Counted from the stretch's first letter, positions 17,065-26,179 are shown. The stretch is 54,898 nucleotides of DNA from an uncultured Gemmatimonadaceae bacterium (GCA_964391035.1 CAYMLW010000001.1:1-54898), one strand, 5' to 3'. Numbers and translations are program-made. The notes: generated by a model not told the origin, from the sequence alone.

Positions 17065-18783
17065 TCAGCGCCACTCGAAGATGGAGATCCTCGGTGCCAC
17101 GGTACGGACCCGGCCCACAGGACGCGGCTCTCGCCAGCGGGAAGGCAGCTCGGCGCTGACGCCGATCTCGACGCCGGCACCGCCCGTGGGCACCAGGGGC
17201 ACGGCCACATCGAGCCGCAGGAGGCGCCGGGAATCCTGGGGCACGGCCAGGAGCAGGCTGCCGCCGACGGACGGGCGTGGCGTGGTCGTCCGGCCGAAGG
17301 GGATCCCGCCGGCCCAGACGGTGCCGATATCCGAGAACGCGGCCACGCCGATCCCGACGTGGTCTCCCAGGACGCCCAGGAACCAGCGGGACTCGCCCCG
17401 CACGACCAGTCGTCGCGCGCCGGCCAGTCCGGTCCCCCGGTAGCCGCGGACGCCGTCGTCGCGACCGAGCTCGAGCTGGAACGGCTGTCGGCCGCGCCAG
17501 ACCCCGGCGTACTCGGCCGCCAGAATGAAGGTGCGCCGGGCCGAGCTCTTCTGGTACCACGCCAGACGTCCGGCGGCGACGGCGTCGTGCCAGTCCGCGT
17601 CGAGCCCCTGCCGCTCCCAGGCGACCTCCAGAGTCAAGAGCGACCGGTTCCCACCGATCCCCACGTAGAGGTCCGACGAGAGCACGACACTGTTCTCGAC
17701 GAGTGACCGGCCGATGGCCGTCGTGGCGACGACGCCCCGGGGCACGTCCTCCGCGCCCGCCAATGACTGGAATCCGCGCACGGTCCTGTACGACAGGGCC
17801 CGGAACCCGAGCACCAGTCCCGCCCCGCTGCTTGTCCGGGCGGTGAAGCGGTCGTGCAGCCGGATGTCGTCGGCGGCGACCAGCCCGGAATCCGAGGCGA
17901 TGACCGCCGAGTCGGCCGGCTCGACCCGGTCGTGGCTGAGGAAGAACCCGCCGAACACGCCGAGAGTACGACCACCCACCCGGGCCACGGCCCCGGCATC
18001 GAACCGGTTGCGTTCAAGGGCCAGGGACAGCGGCTCGTTCTCCGGCCGGGAGTAGCGGTAGTAGCTGTCGTCCCGGTCGATGTCCACGTACCACGCGCCC
18101 CGTTGGGCCGAGGTGAGGAACGGGCGTCCGGCGGCGAGTCGGAGGGTGCGGCCGAGAGGTTGCCGGACCACATCGATCCGCAGTCGATACGGCTGGCCGA
18201 GCACGTGGGAGTTCAGGTACCGGAGCTCGAAGCCGTCCCGGTACGCGAAGCCTTCGCGCCACCCCGCGGCGAGAAGCTGGCCCCGTCCGAAGATGTTGCG
18301 GTTGCCGAGCCTGACCGAGGACAGCGAGCTCCGGCGCACGCCACCGGTCACCACGATCGGGATCTCGTCCTGTGTCCGGACGGTCAGGATCAGACCACCG
18401 CCCGGGGCGGGCGTCGTCGTGATCTCGGCATCGGAGAGGTGGTGCTGCGCGCGCAGGAGACGCTCCGATTCCGCGACCAGGAAGGGATCGCACGCGTCGC
18501 CCTCTTCCAGGAGGAGGAAAGGCACGACCGCCTCGGGCCCCGACGTCCAGGGGTAGACCAGAAAGCGTACGAGCGGCCGCAGCCCCCGGGGGATCCGGTC
18601 CTGGCCCAGGTCCGGCGGGGCGGATTCCAGCTCGACCGCCGTGACCGTGTACCCCGCGCACAACACGCTGTCCGTCGGCGGGGCGGTCGTGTCAGCCACC
18701 TGCGCGCCGAGCGGACCACCGGCGAACGCGAGGAGCACGACCGCCGCCCAGCCGAACCCGTACGGGCGCCCCGCGATGGGCAT
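17065..18783 (-). CDS. Omp85/BamA-superfamily outer-membrane beta-barrel with a single POTRA-like N-terminal domain
   Basis: Track ORF 17065..18945 trimmed to ATG 18783 (MPIAGRPYGFGWAAVVLLAFAGGPLGAQ signal peptide). The start overlaps the upstream stop (TGATG). It shows an alternating beta-strand pattern and the GVRGYRG loop-6-like motif. Confidence 0.7.
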   Translation of the reverse strand: MPIAGRPYGFGWAAVVLLAFAGGPLGAQVADTTAPPTDSVLCAGYTVTAVELESAPPDLGQDRIPRGLRPLVRFLVYPWTSGPEAVVPFLLLEEGDACDPFLVAESERLLRAQHHLSDAEITTTPAPGGGLILTVRTQDEIPIVVTGGVRRSSLSSVRLGNRNIFGRGQLLAAGWREGFAYRDGFELRYLNSHVLGQPYRLRIDVVRQPLGRTLRLAAGRPFLTSAQRGAWYVDIDRDDSYYRYSRPENEPLSLALERNRFDAGAVARVGGRTLGVFGGFFLSHDRVEPADSAVIASDSGLVAADDIRLHDRFTARTSSGAGLVLGFRALSYRTVRGFQSLAGAEDVPRGVVATTAIGRSLVENSVVLSSDLYVGIGGNRSLLTLEVAWERQGLDADWHDAVAAGRLAWYQKSSARRTFILAAEYAGVWRGRQPFQLELGRDDGVRGYRGTGLAGARRLVVRGESRWFLGVLGDHVGIGVAAFSDIGTVWAGGIPFGRTTTPRPSVGGSLLLAVPQDSRRLLRLDVAVPLVPTGGAGVEIGVSAELPSRWREPRPVGRVRTVAPRISIFEWR

Positions 18784-19739
18784 CACCCGGTCCGGATCGC
18801 TTCCGCCGGGTCCGTACCCCGGTCGAGTTCCTCGTAGTCCAGCTCGCTGCCCCGCAGGCTGTGCGGCACCAGGTAGACCACGAGCATCACGGCCGTTGCG
18901 GCCAGCACGGCCCCGCGACCGGCGGGACCGGGGCGTCGGGACCACTCCCGATCGTCCGACTCTCCCCGCTCCGGATCACGTCGCGCGCGCTCCCACACCA
19001 GGACCCCACAGGCCAGGACCCATACCAGCCACATGATCAGGGTCTTGTTGTCGGTCAGGTCGTAGCCCATGGGGAACCCGGTCCAGTACGCGCCGAAGGC
19101 GTGCTTCTGGACGACCGGACCCATGGCCATGCCACCCACGGACATCAACCCGAGGGCAATCCAGGCGTAGCGCGCGTCCCACCGCCCCACCGCAGCGCCG
19201 AGTCCCGCTCGGAGCCCCACCAGGATCGCTAGAAACATGAGGATGACGTGGGGCAGGAGAGCGGCCAGGGGGACGGGGTCCTTGAAACGGATGATCGGGT
19301 TTTCCCCGGCCGTCACCGGCAGACGCGCCGACCCGGCACCCGTCAGCTCTACGTAGTACTCGAGCTTCCCCGCGGCCGGCTGCCGCGGGAGGGGCGCCAC
19401 GAGGGTGGCGTTGTCGGTGGGCGTGAACCGGACCCGCCGGAACGGCTCGTCGACCGGGTACCTCCGGAAGAACAGCTCCGCGACCGCTCCGGCACCCGGA
19501 TTCGGGATCTCCACGACCGCGTCCTCCGTCGACGTCCCGCTCCGGACCAGCGCGTACTCGAGCCGTTCTCCCCCAAAGACGACGACGCCATTGAGGGGAT
19601 ACGTCGGTCCCGTCGTCCGCTGCCACCCTGCGGCCCCGAACATCCCGGCGATCGCCGCTGCCCAGAGGAATGCGCCGAGCCAGCGGGCGTCCTGCCACGC
19701 GCGCCGTTCGCCCCGGACATCGGCCTGCCGTATCGTCAT
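18783..19739 (-). CDS. Polytopic membrane protein of unknown function, translationally coupled to the Omp85-like gene
   Basis: Track ORF 18783..19838 trimmed to ATG 19739 (MTIRQADVRGERRAWQ...). An N-terminal TM helix is followed by a ~150-aa soluble domain and four further TM helices. Confidence 0.65.
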   Translation of the reverse strand: MTIRQADVRGERRAWQDARWLGAFLWAAAIAGMFGAAGWQRTTGPTYPLNGVVVFGGERLEYALVRSGTSTEDAVVEIPNPGAGAVAELFFRRYPVDEPFRRVRFTPTDNATLVAPLPRQPAAGKLEYYVELTGAGSARLPVTAGENPIIRFKDPVPLAALLPHVILMFLAILVGLRAGLGAAVGRWDARYAWIALGLMSVGGMAMGPVVQKHAFGAYWTGFPMGYDLTDNKTLIMWLVWVLACGVLVWERARRDPERGESDDREWSRRPGPAGRGAVLAATAVMLVVYLVPHSLRGSELDYEELDRGTDPAEAIRTG

Positions 19740-19950
19740 GAGAGAACTTACGTACCGACCGTGGCTCCGACTCGCAACCCCGCGATGCCGGCCGTTCGCG
19801 GACCGGCAGCCCTGTCCGGCGGAGCGCCCGGCGACCATGTTCTAGGGCACGACACGTCCGTCACGCCGGCGCCTCCGCGGCGGCTGCCGCGCTCCTCGTG
19901 CTCGGTCTCTGCCCCCCCGATCTCCACCCGACCCCGTCCAGGATCCGGGC

Positions 19951-20709
19951 TCAGCCACCCATCAGCCCGCCCGCCAGCGTGGGCAACGCGGCGATCAGCC
20001 AGACCAGGATCGCCACGATCCAGGCATTGGCCCGGGCCAGCCGCGTGACGGTGGCGAGTCCGATGGCGATCAGGGCCGTGGCCCAGAGCGTGAACAGATC
20101 GACCCGGGACGCCAGGCCCAGGGCCATGGCGCTCGCTTCCGGCTGGTCCATGAATCGGGCCACGCTCCAGCCCACGTCGTGGATCGAGTCCAGCCCTGCC
20201 ACGCCGAAGACCGTGGCCTGGAGCAGTCCGAGGACGAACCCGAGGATCCGCACGATCTGGGCGTACGCCACGACCATCAACATGGTGCCGAAGGTGGCGG
20301 CCGCGCCGAAGAGCCGGGCCAGCACCCAGGTCACCAGCGCCGCGAGCACGACACCGAGGGGGAACGCCAGGGCGAAGCCCACCACGGAGGCGACGGGCCC
20401 CATCGAGCGCATCGCCTCGAACTGCTGCGGGTCGACGTCCGGATTCTGCGTCACCGCTTCCGCGATCGTGCGGTCCATCTCGACGTCGAGGACGGGGCCG
20501 ACCGACCGCTGCCACGCGAAGAAGAGGAGCGTCAGGATCACGGTCACGATCAGCAGGATCAGCCAGCCGGAGCGGTCGCGCCGTCGCTGGAATACGGAAA
20601 ACGGCGCGTAGAAGATGTCCAGGAAGTCCTCCCAAAGGGCGGCCCTGGGGGAATCCGGCCCCGGGGAGGCCGAGGCGGCGTTGCCTTCGTCGGGCATGGC
20701 GATCTCCAT
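19951..20709 (-). CDS. Yip1-domain membrane protein
   Basis: C-terminal 252 codons of track ORF 19951..21273 from ATG 20709. LWEDFLDIFYAPFSVFQRR is followed by five hydrophobic helices. The upstream part of the ORF is a shadow of the opposite-strand gene. Confidence 0.65.
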   Translation of the reverse strand: MEIAMPDEGNAASASPGPDSPRAALWEDFLDIFYAPFSVFQRRRDRSGWLILLIVTVILTLLFFAWQRSVGPVLDVEMDRTIAEAVTQNPDVDPQQFEAMRSMGPVASVVGFALAFPLGVVLAALVTWVLARLFGAAATFGTMLMVVAYAQIVRILGFVLGLLQATVFGVAGLDSIHDVGWSVARFMDQPEASAMALGLASRVDLFTLWATALIAIGLATVTRLARANAWIVAILVWLIAALPTLAGGLMGG

Positions 20710-20749
20710 GTGACGGGATCCGACTGTCGAAGGTGACTCCCCGCGCTCC

Positions 20750-22054
20750 ATGAGTGTGGCATCGGAGGCGGCACGCGCAATGTCCGCTGATTGCCTGGCG
20801 CGGAGGGCCGTACCACGTTTACGGCTCACTCCGGATCCCTGTTCACTCCGTTCGACAACGCCGGTGACCAAGACCTCCAGTGCACCCGCGTCCGGCACGA
20901 CGACATCGCCGGCCCCCGCCGCCGACTCGGCCCTCGCCGGTCCCGCCGCGCCCGCCGGCCGGCTGGTCTCCCTCGACGCGTTCCGGGGCGCGACCATCGC
21001 GGCCATGCTGCTGGTCAACAACCCCGGCAGCTGGGCCCACGTCCATGCCCCACTCCGCCACGCCGAGTGGCACGGCTGGACCCCCACCGACCTGATCTTC
21101 CCGTTCTTCCTGTTCATCGTGGGCGTCGCGATGACCTTCTCGTTCGGGAAGCACCGGGCCTCCGGCGCCGACCGCAGGGCGCTTCTCGGCAAGGCGACGC
21201 GCCGCGCCGCCATCCTCTTCGGCCTCGGCCTCCTCCTCCACGCGTTTCCCTGGTACGATGTCGACCTGAACACGCTCCGGATCCCCGGCGTGCTCCAGCG
21301 GATCGCCGTGGCCTACCTGGCCGCTGCCGTCATCGTCCTCTTCCTCGGACGCCGGGGCCTGCTGCTGACGACGGCCGCACTGCTCCTCGGGTACTGGGCC
21401 CTGATGACCCTGGTCCCGGTCCCGGGCGGGACGGCGGGCGACCTCTCGCCGGACGGGAACCTCGGCGCCTGGCTCGACCGGACCGTGCTCGGTACCGACC
21501 ACCTCTGGGCCTACTCCCGGACCTGGGACCCGGAGGGCATCCTGAGCACGCTCCCGGCCGTGGCCACGGTCCTGACGGGCATCGTGGCGGGACGCTGGAT
21601 CCGGTCGGGCCGGAGCGGGACGCGCGTCGCGGGTGAGCTGGTCGCCGGGGGCCTGGCCGGGATCGCCGTCGGCTGGCTTTGGGGCCTCGTCTTCCCCATC
21701 AACAAGAACCTCTGGACGAGCTCCTACGTGGTGTTCACCAGCGGGATGGCGGCCCTGACGCTCGGGGCCTGCTACTGGGCCATCGATGTGAAGGGGTGGA
21801 AAGCGTGGGCCACGCCCTCCGTCGTGTTCGGGGTCAATGCCATCGCCGCCTACTTCCTGTCCGGCATTTTCGCGCGGCTGACCACGCTGATCGAGGTCGG
21901 CGGCGTCCCCCTCAAGACATGGACGTACGAGACGCTCCTCGCCTCCTGGGCCGGCCCCCTCAACGGCTCCCTGGCGTACGCCATCGCCTTCGTGCTGCTC
22001 TGGCTCGGGCTGATGTGGATCCTCTACGCCCGCCGGATCTACATCAAGGTCTGA
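20750..22054 (+). CDS. Heparan-alpha-glucosaminide N-acetyltransferase-like membrane acyltransferase (DUF1624/DUF5009 type)
   Basis: Track ORF 20750..22054. RLVSLDAFRGATIAAMLLVNNPGSWAHVHAPLRHAEWHGWTPTDLIFPFFLFIVGV is typical of the family. The first ~70 codons are low-complexity, so the true start may be the GTG at 20864. Confidence 0.8.
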   Translation: MSVASEAARAMSADCLARRAVPRLRLTPDPCSLRSTTPVTKTSSAPASGTTTSPAPAADSALAGPAAPAGRLVSLDAFRGATIAAMLLVNNPGSWAHVHAPLRHAEWHGWTPTDLIFPFFLFIVGVAMTFSFGKHRASGADRRALLGKATRRAAILFGLGLLLHAFPWYDVDLNTLRIPGVLQRIAVAYLAAAVIVLFLGRRGLLLTTAALLLGYWALMTLVPVPGGTAGDLSPDGNLGAWLDRTVLGTDHLWAYSRTWDPEGILSTLPAVATVLTGIVAGRWIRSGRSGTRVAGELVAGGLAGIAVGWLWGLVFPINKNLWTSSYVVFTSGMAALTLGACYWAIDVKGWKAWATPSVVFGVNAIAAYFLSGIFARLTTLIEVGGVPLKTWTYETLLASWAGPLNGSLAYAIAFVLLWLGLMWILYARRIYIKV

Positions 22055-22133
22055 CCGCCCGCCCCTTGTGCGGGTCCGGCTACCCGGGCCACACTGACCA
22101 TCGAGCCCCTGCCCCCCTTCGACAGGAGGAGGC

Positions 22134-22490
22134 ATGGCCAGGCGGATCGGCATCATCTACTGCCAGAGCATTCAGGACACGACCTGCGTCGGGTGCGCCA
22201 AGTGCTACAAGGCGGTCAACGAGAAGACGTACACGTTCGCCGGGGACGACGATGTCCGGGTCGTCTTCAAGACTTCCTGTGGCGGCTGTCCCGGTCTCGT
22301 GCTCCCGAAGCTGGACCTCCAGGCGGTCGTTCTCGATGACCTGGATCAGAGCGTGGACGCGATCTATTTCGGCACCTGCGTCAAGAAGGCCAGGGCACTC
22401 ATGTCCTGCCCGATGAACCTCGACGCCATGAGGGCCAAGATAGAAGAGAAATGGCAGGTCCCGGTGGCCGTGGGCACCCACGACTACTGA
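22134..22490 (+). CDS. CGGC-domain protein (Cys-rich, 118 aa)
   Basis: Track ORF 22134..22490. AGGAGGAGG RBS. IIYCQSIQDTTCVGCAKCY...KTSCGGCPG...YFGTCV... matches the CGGC domain. Confidence 0.8.
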   Translation: MARRIGIIYCQSIQDTTCVGCAKCYKAVNEKTYTFAGDDDVRVVFKTSCGGCPGLVLPKLDLQAVVLDDLDQSVDAIYFGTCVKKARALMSCPMNLDAMRAKIEEKWQVPVAVGTHDY

Positions 22491-22523
22491 GTCCGGGCGA
22501 CAGGGAACGGCCCGGGGCCGACC

Positions 22524-22549
22524 GGAACCCTCCGGCGTCTTCTCCGGTT
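22524..22549 (+). promoter_or_regulatory. ECF-type promoter candidate GGAAC-N18-GTT upstream of sigma copy A
   Basis: GGAAC at 22524-22528, exactly 18 nt, then GTT at 22547-22549, 37 nt upstream of the GTG start. This matches the SigR-type consensus GGAAT-N18-GTT apart from one base. Confidence 0.4.
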
Positions 22550-22585
22550 GGGCCCCGCCACGACAAGCCAGGAGGGGGAACGGGC

Positions 22586-23281
22586 GTGAGCCGCGAGACG
22601 ATCTGGGAACAGGTGCGCATGGGGTGGGCCATGCTCTCCGGCCGCACCGAGCGCGACGTGCAGCCCGGGCGACCGCGCGAGGCTCGCCCGGGCCCGTCCG
22701 CCGACTCACCCGGGCTCGCGGCCGAAGGCTTCGCCGAGGAGGCGCTCCCCTGGCTCGACGCGGTCTACGCTTTCGCCATGCGCCTGACCCGCGGAGACCA
22801 GGAGGCGGCTGAAGACCTCGTCCAGGACACCTTCCTGCGAGCGCATCGGTTCTGGCACACCTATGAGCGGGGCACGAACGCCAAATCGTGGCTCTTCACC
22901 ATCTGCCGGAACACCTTCCTCCACGACAAGAAACTGGCGCGGAACCAGCGGGAGCAGCCGGCGGCCGACCTGGACGCCCGGGTGGAAGCACTGGCCGCGG
23001 CCTCCGCCTTCGAAGAGGCGCCCCCGGATCCGGAAGAGATGTTCTTCGGCCGCCTCCTCGACGACCGCGTGGTCGAAGCCATCGACGAGCTTCCGGAGGA
23101 ATTCAGGGAGGTGCTGGTGCTGAGCGACCTGGGCGACCTCAAGTACCGGGAAGTCGCCGAAGTACTGGGGATCCCGGTGGGCACGGCCAAGAGCCGTCTC
23201 TTCCGGGCCAGGAGACTGTTACAGGACCGGCTTCGGGAGTTCGCTGTCCGGTCCGGGTACATCGAGGAAACCGCATCATGA
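22586..23281 (+). CDS. ECF (group 4) RNA polymerase sigma factor, copy A
   Basis: GTG 22586 is preceded by GGAGGGGG. The N-terminus VSRETIWEQVRMGWAMLSG aligns with MSREAMWDRVRMAWSMLSG of copy B, which has an ATG start. Region 2 is DLVQDTFLRAHRFWHTYERGTNAKSWLFTICRN. Region 4 is LPEEFREVLVLSDLGDLKYREVAEVLGIPVGTAKSRLFRAR. Confidence 0.9.
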   Translation: MSRETIWEQVRMGWAMLSGRTERDVQPGRPREARPGPSADSPGLAAEGFAEEALPWLDAVYAFAMRLTRGDQEAAEDLVQDTFLRAHRFWHTYERGTNAKSWLFTICRNTFLHDKKLARNQREQPAADLDARVEALAAASAFEEAPPDPEEMFFGRLLDDRVVEAIDELPEEFREVLVLSDLGDLKYREVAEVLGIPVGTAKSRLFRARRLLQDRLREFAVRSGYIEETAS

Positions 23282-23547
23282 TCGAGTCCATGGGGATGAT
23301 CTCGTGTGAAGACGCCCTGGCACGCCTCTGGGAGTTCCTGGACGGGGAGCTGCCGCCCGAGGACGAGGCCGCGGTCAAGAAGCACCTGGATATCTGCAAT
23401 CGCTGCTACCCCCAGTACGACTTCCAGAGGGCCTACTTCGAGTTCACCCACCGATTGAGGGAGCGGGAGCACGCGCCGCCGTCGCTGCGACGACGACTCT
23501 TCCGGCGCATCCTGGAGCAGGCAACCGCCCAGGACGAGCAGCCATGA
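23278..23547 (+). CDS. RsrA-like zinc-binding (ZAS) anti-sigma factor, cytoplasmic, 89 aa, copy A
   Basis: ATGA overlap with the sigma stop. Cys10 ... His36-x3-Cys40-x2-Cys43 (HLDICNRC). No TM segment. Confidence 0.85.
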   Translation: MIESMGMISCEDALARLWEFLDGELPPEDEAAVKKHLDICNRCYPQYDFQRAYFEFTHRLREREHAPPSLRRRLFRRILEQATAQDEQP

Positions 23548-23710
23548 GGCTGAGGACGCCCGCCCCCTTTCACGGGTGTCCTGCTCCTCCGCCTCGCCGC
23601 CCCGGGAGTCAGGGGGCTCCCCCCGAGCGGGTACTGGCCCGCTCTGCAACACGGCATGGGCCGTATTCCGCCCGGACACGGAGATCCGCCGCTGAAGGAG
23701 GGAGACGACC

Positions 23711-24946
23711 TTGGAAAATCGAAGAATCAGCTTTCCCGGCACGGACGGCTCAACGCTGAGCGCACGGCTCAGTCTACCGGCCGACGGACACGTGCGGGCC
23801 TGCGCCCTCTTCGCACACTGCTTCACCTGCTCGAAGGACCTGAAGCCGGTGGTGAACATCAGCCGGGCCCTGACACAACGAGGGATCGCCGTGATGCGGT
23901 TCGACTTCACCGGACTCGGAGAGAGCGAGGGCGACTTCGCGGACACCACCTTCTCCTCCAATATCGGGGACCTGGTGGCGGCCACGGAGTACATGCAGAA
24001 CCAGTACGAGACCCCGGCCCTCGTCATCGGCCACTCTCTCGGCGGCGCCGCCGCGATCCAGGCGGCCGCGCGGCTCCCCGGCATCCGGGCCGTCGCCACC
24101 ATCGGGGCACCCTTCGATCCGGCTCACGTGAAGAACCTCTTCGCAGACACGCTCGAGGACATCGAGGCCGAGGGCCACGCCGAGGTGGTCCTCGCCGGTC
24201 GGCGGTTCACCGTACGCCGCGAGTTCATCCAGGACCTCGAGCGTCACCGGGTCGAACAGGTGATCCGGTCCCTCGAGCGACCGCTCCTGATCATGCACTC
24301 CCCCGTCGATGAGACCGTGGCGATCGAGAACGCCGCCCGCATCTACGAGGCCGCCCGGCACCCCAAGAGCTTCATCTCACTCGACGACGCGGACCACCTC
24401 CTGCTCGATGAGCGCGACTCCCTCTACGCCGGCGCCGTGCTGGCGGCATGGGCCGGGCGCTACATTGATCCTCTGCCCCAGCCCGAGACGAAGGAGGAGC
24501 TGCGGGACGCCGGTGGCGTGACCGCGCGCACGGCGGCCGGTGAGTTGCGCACCGAGATCATCGCCCGGGGCCATCCCATCGTGGCCGACGAGCCGGTGGC
24601 CGTAGGCGGGAGCGACCGCGGGCCGACGCCATACGACCTCCTGGGCGCGGCCCTCGGCGCGTGCACCACCATGACCCTCCAGATGTACGCCGCGCGCAAG
24701 AAGTGGCCATTGAAGGAGGCGGCGGTCCAGGTCAGACATTCGAAGGTGCACGCCGAGGACGAGGAGCACTGCCAGGACGACCACGCCCGCATCGACCGGC
24801 TCGAACGAGACGTGACGCTCGTTGGCCCGCTGGACGAGGCGCAGCGTGACCGTCTCCTCGATATCGCCGAGCGGTGTCCCGTCCACCGAACCCTCACCGC
24901 CGGGCTCCGTATAGAGACGAGGGAGACCGGCGACGCCGCCCTCTGA
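23711..24946 (+). CDS. Alpha/beta hydrolase fused to a C-terminal OsmC domain
   Basis: Track ORF 23711..24946 (TTG start after AGGAGGGAG). Nucleophile elbow GHSLGG. The C-terminal ~140 aa ([25 protein letters not shown]...ERCPVHRTL) are OsmC-like. Confidence 0.85.
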   Translation: MENRRISFPGTDGSTLSARLSLPADGHVRACALFAHCFTCSKDLKPVVNISRALTQRGIAVMRFDFTGLGESEGDFADTTFSSNIGDLVAATEYMQNQYETPALVIGHSLGGAAAIQAAARLPGIRAVATIGAPFDPAHVKNLFADTLEDIEAEGHAEVVLAGRRFTVRREFIQDLERHRVEQVIRSLERPLLIMHSPVDETVAIENAARIYEAARHPKSFISLDDADHLLLDERDSLYAGAVLAAWAGRYIDPLPQPETKEELRDAGGVTARTAAGELRTEIIARGHPIVADEPVAVGGSDRGPTPYDLLGAALGACTTMTLQMYAARKKWPLKEAAVQVRHSKVHAEDEEHCQDDHARIDRLERDVTLVGPLDEAQRDRLLDIAERCPVHRTLTAGLRIETRETGDAAL

Positions 24947-24948
24947 CG

Positions 24949-25695
24949 CTACCGGTACTCCGGGTTGGGATGGTCGAACCGGCAACCGGCCTCCCACGCG
25001 GCCCGCTGGTTGCCGTGGGCCGGAATGCCTCCGGCGTCACGGAGCATGCGCGCCAGGTGAAGCAGGTTCCACGTCATGAACGTGGTGTTGCGATTCGTGA
25101 AGTCGTTTTCGGGACCGCCAGAGCCGGAATCCAGGTAGGACGGCCCCGGCCCCGCCTCACCGATCCAGCCGGCATCCGCCTGCGGAGGGATCGTGTACCC
25201 GAGGTGCTGGAGCGAGTACAGGATATTCATGGCGCAGTGTTTGATCCCGTCCTCGTTTCCCGTCACGAGACACCCGCCCACTCGCCCGTAGTAGGCGTAC
25301 TGCCCATCCTCGTTCAACTCGCCCGAGAAGCCGTACAACCGCTCGATTACCCGCGTGCAGACCGATGACTTCTCCCCCAGCCAGATCGGCGTGCCCAGTA
25401 CGAGGATATCCGCCGCCATGATCCTCTCCTGGATCCCGGGCCAGTCGTCCCGGTCCCAGCCGTGCTCGGTCATGTCCGGGTAGACACCGGCCGCAATCTC
25501 GTGGTCGACGGCACGGATGACCTCCACTTCCACCCCGTTTCGCTCCATGATCGTCCGGGACACGTCGATCAGCCCCCGGGTGTGTGACACCTTCGGGCTC
25601 GGCTTCAACGTGCAGTTGATGAACAGGGCGCGCAGGTCGGAGTAGTCCCGCTCGCCAACGGACACGTCCTGCTCAGGCTTCTGTGTAGGGGACAT
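24949..25695 (-). CDS. Flavodoxin-like fold NAD(P)H-dependent FMN reductase family protein
   Basis: Track ORF 24949..25695. ALFINCTLKPSP...ADILVLGTPIWLGEKSSVCTRVIERL is typical of multimeric flavodoxin / FMN reductase proteins. Confidence 0.8.
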   Translation of the reverse strand: MSPTQKPEQDVSVGERDYSDLRALFINCTLKPSPKVSHTRGLIDVSRTIMERNGVEVEVIRAVDHEIAAGVYPDMTEHGWDRDDWPGIQERIMAADILVLGTPIWLGEKSSVCTRVIERLYGFSGELNEDGQYAYYGRVGGCLVTGNEDGIKHCAMNILYSLQHLGYTIPPQADAGWIGEAGPGPSYLDSGSGGPENDFTNRNTTFMTWNLLHLARMLRDAGGIPAHGNQRAAWEAGCRFDHPNPEYR

Positions 25696-25735
25696 CGCGG
25701 GTTCGCTCTGGTATACCGTGGGTCGTGTGGCGCGC

Positions 25736-26179
25736 CTACGCCCGGGCCGTCTGCGCGTTGGCTCCCGAGTCCGCGGGGACGGGGCCGTATACGGCTCCCA
25801 CCACTGCGCCGTACACCAGATGGCCGATCAGGCTGCCCATCGCCATCACCGCGGACCCGGCGAAAAGGGGCATTCCCATCATGGGCATCACCACGATCTG
25901 GGCGACCAGGAACGGAGCGATCCCGTACAGCGCCCCCCTCAACGCCGGGGCACCCACCAACCGCGGCGCCACCACGGCATAGATCAGTGCGAGGATCGTC
26001 CCGATCATGAAATGGGCGATCCAGCCCAGCGCCATGCTCCCGCCCATCGGCTCCGCGAGCATACGCGCCGGATTCATGGCGGGCATCCCCATGAGCGGCG
26101 CCACCCACACCCCGACGGCGGTCATCACCGCCGTCCCGAGGATTCCGCCCGCCACTGCGTTTCCGATCCTGATGTCCAT
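25736..26179 (-). CDS. Small Gly/Met-rich polytopic membrane protein, unknown function
   Basis: Track ORF 25736..26215 trimmed to ATG 26179, which is preceded by AGGAG. Four predicted TM helices. Confidence 0.6.
   Translation of the reverse strand: MDIRIGNAVAGGILGTAVMTAVGVWVAPLMGMPAMNPARMLAEPMGGSMALGWIAHFMIGTILALIYAVVAPRLVGAPALRGALYGIAPFLVAQIVVMPMMGMPLFAGSAVMAMGSLIGHLVYGAVVGAVYGPVPADSGANAQTARA

Larger units (their letters stand above)
22586..23547 (+). repeat. Dispersed duplicate, copy A (sigma + anti-sigma module)
   Basis: Collinear with 51004-51974 at protein and nucleotide level. For example, the identical 29-nt run tcgtggctcttcaccatctgccggaacac occurs in both copies. Confidence 0.8.
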
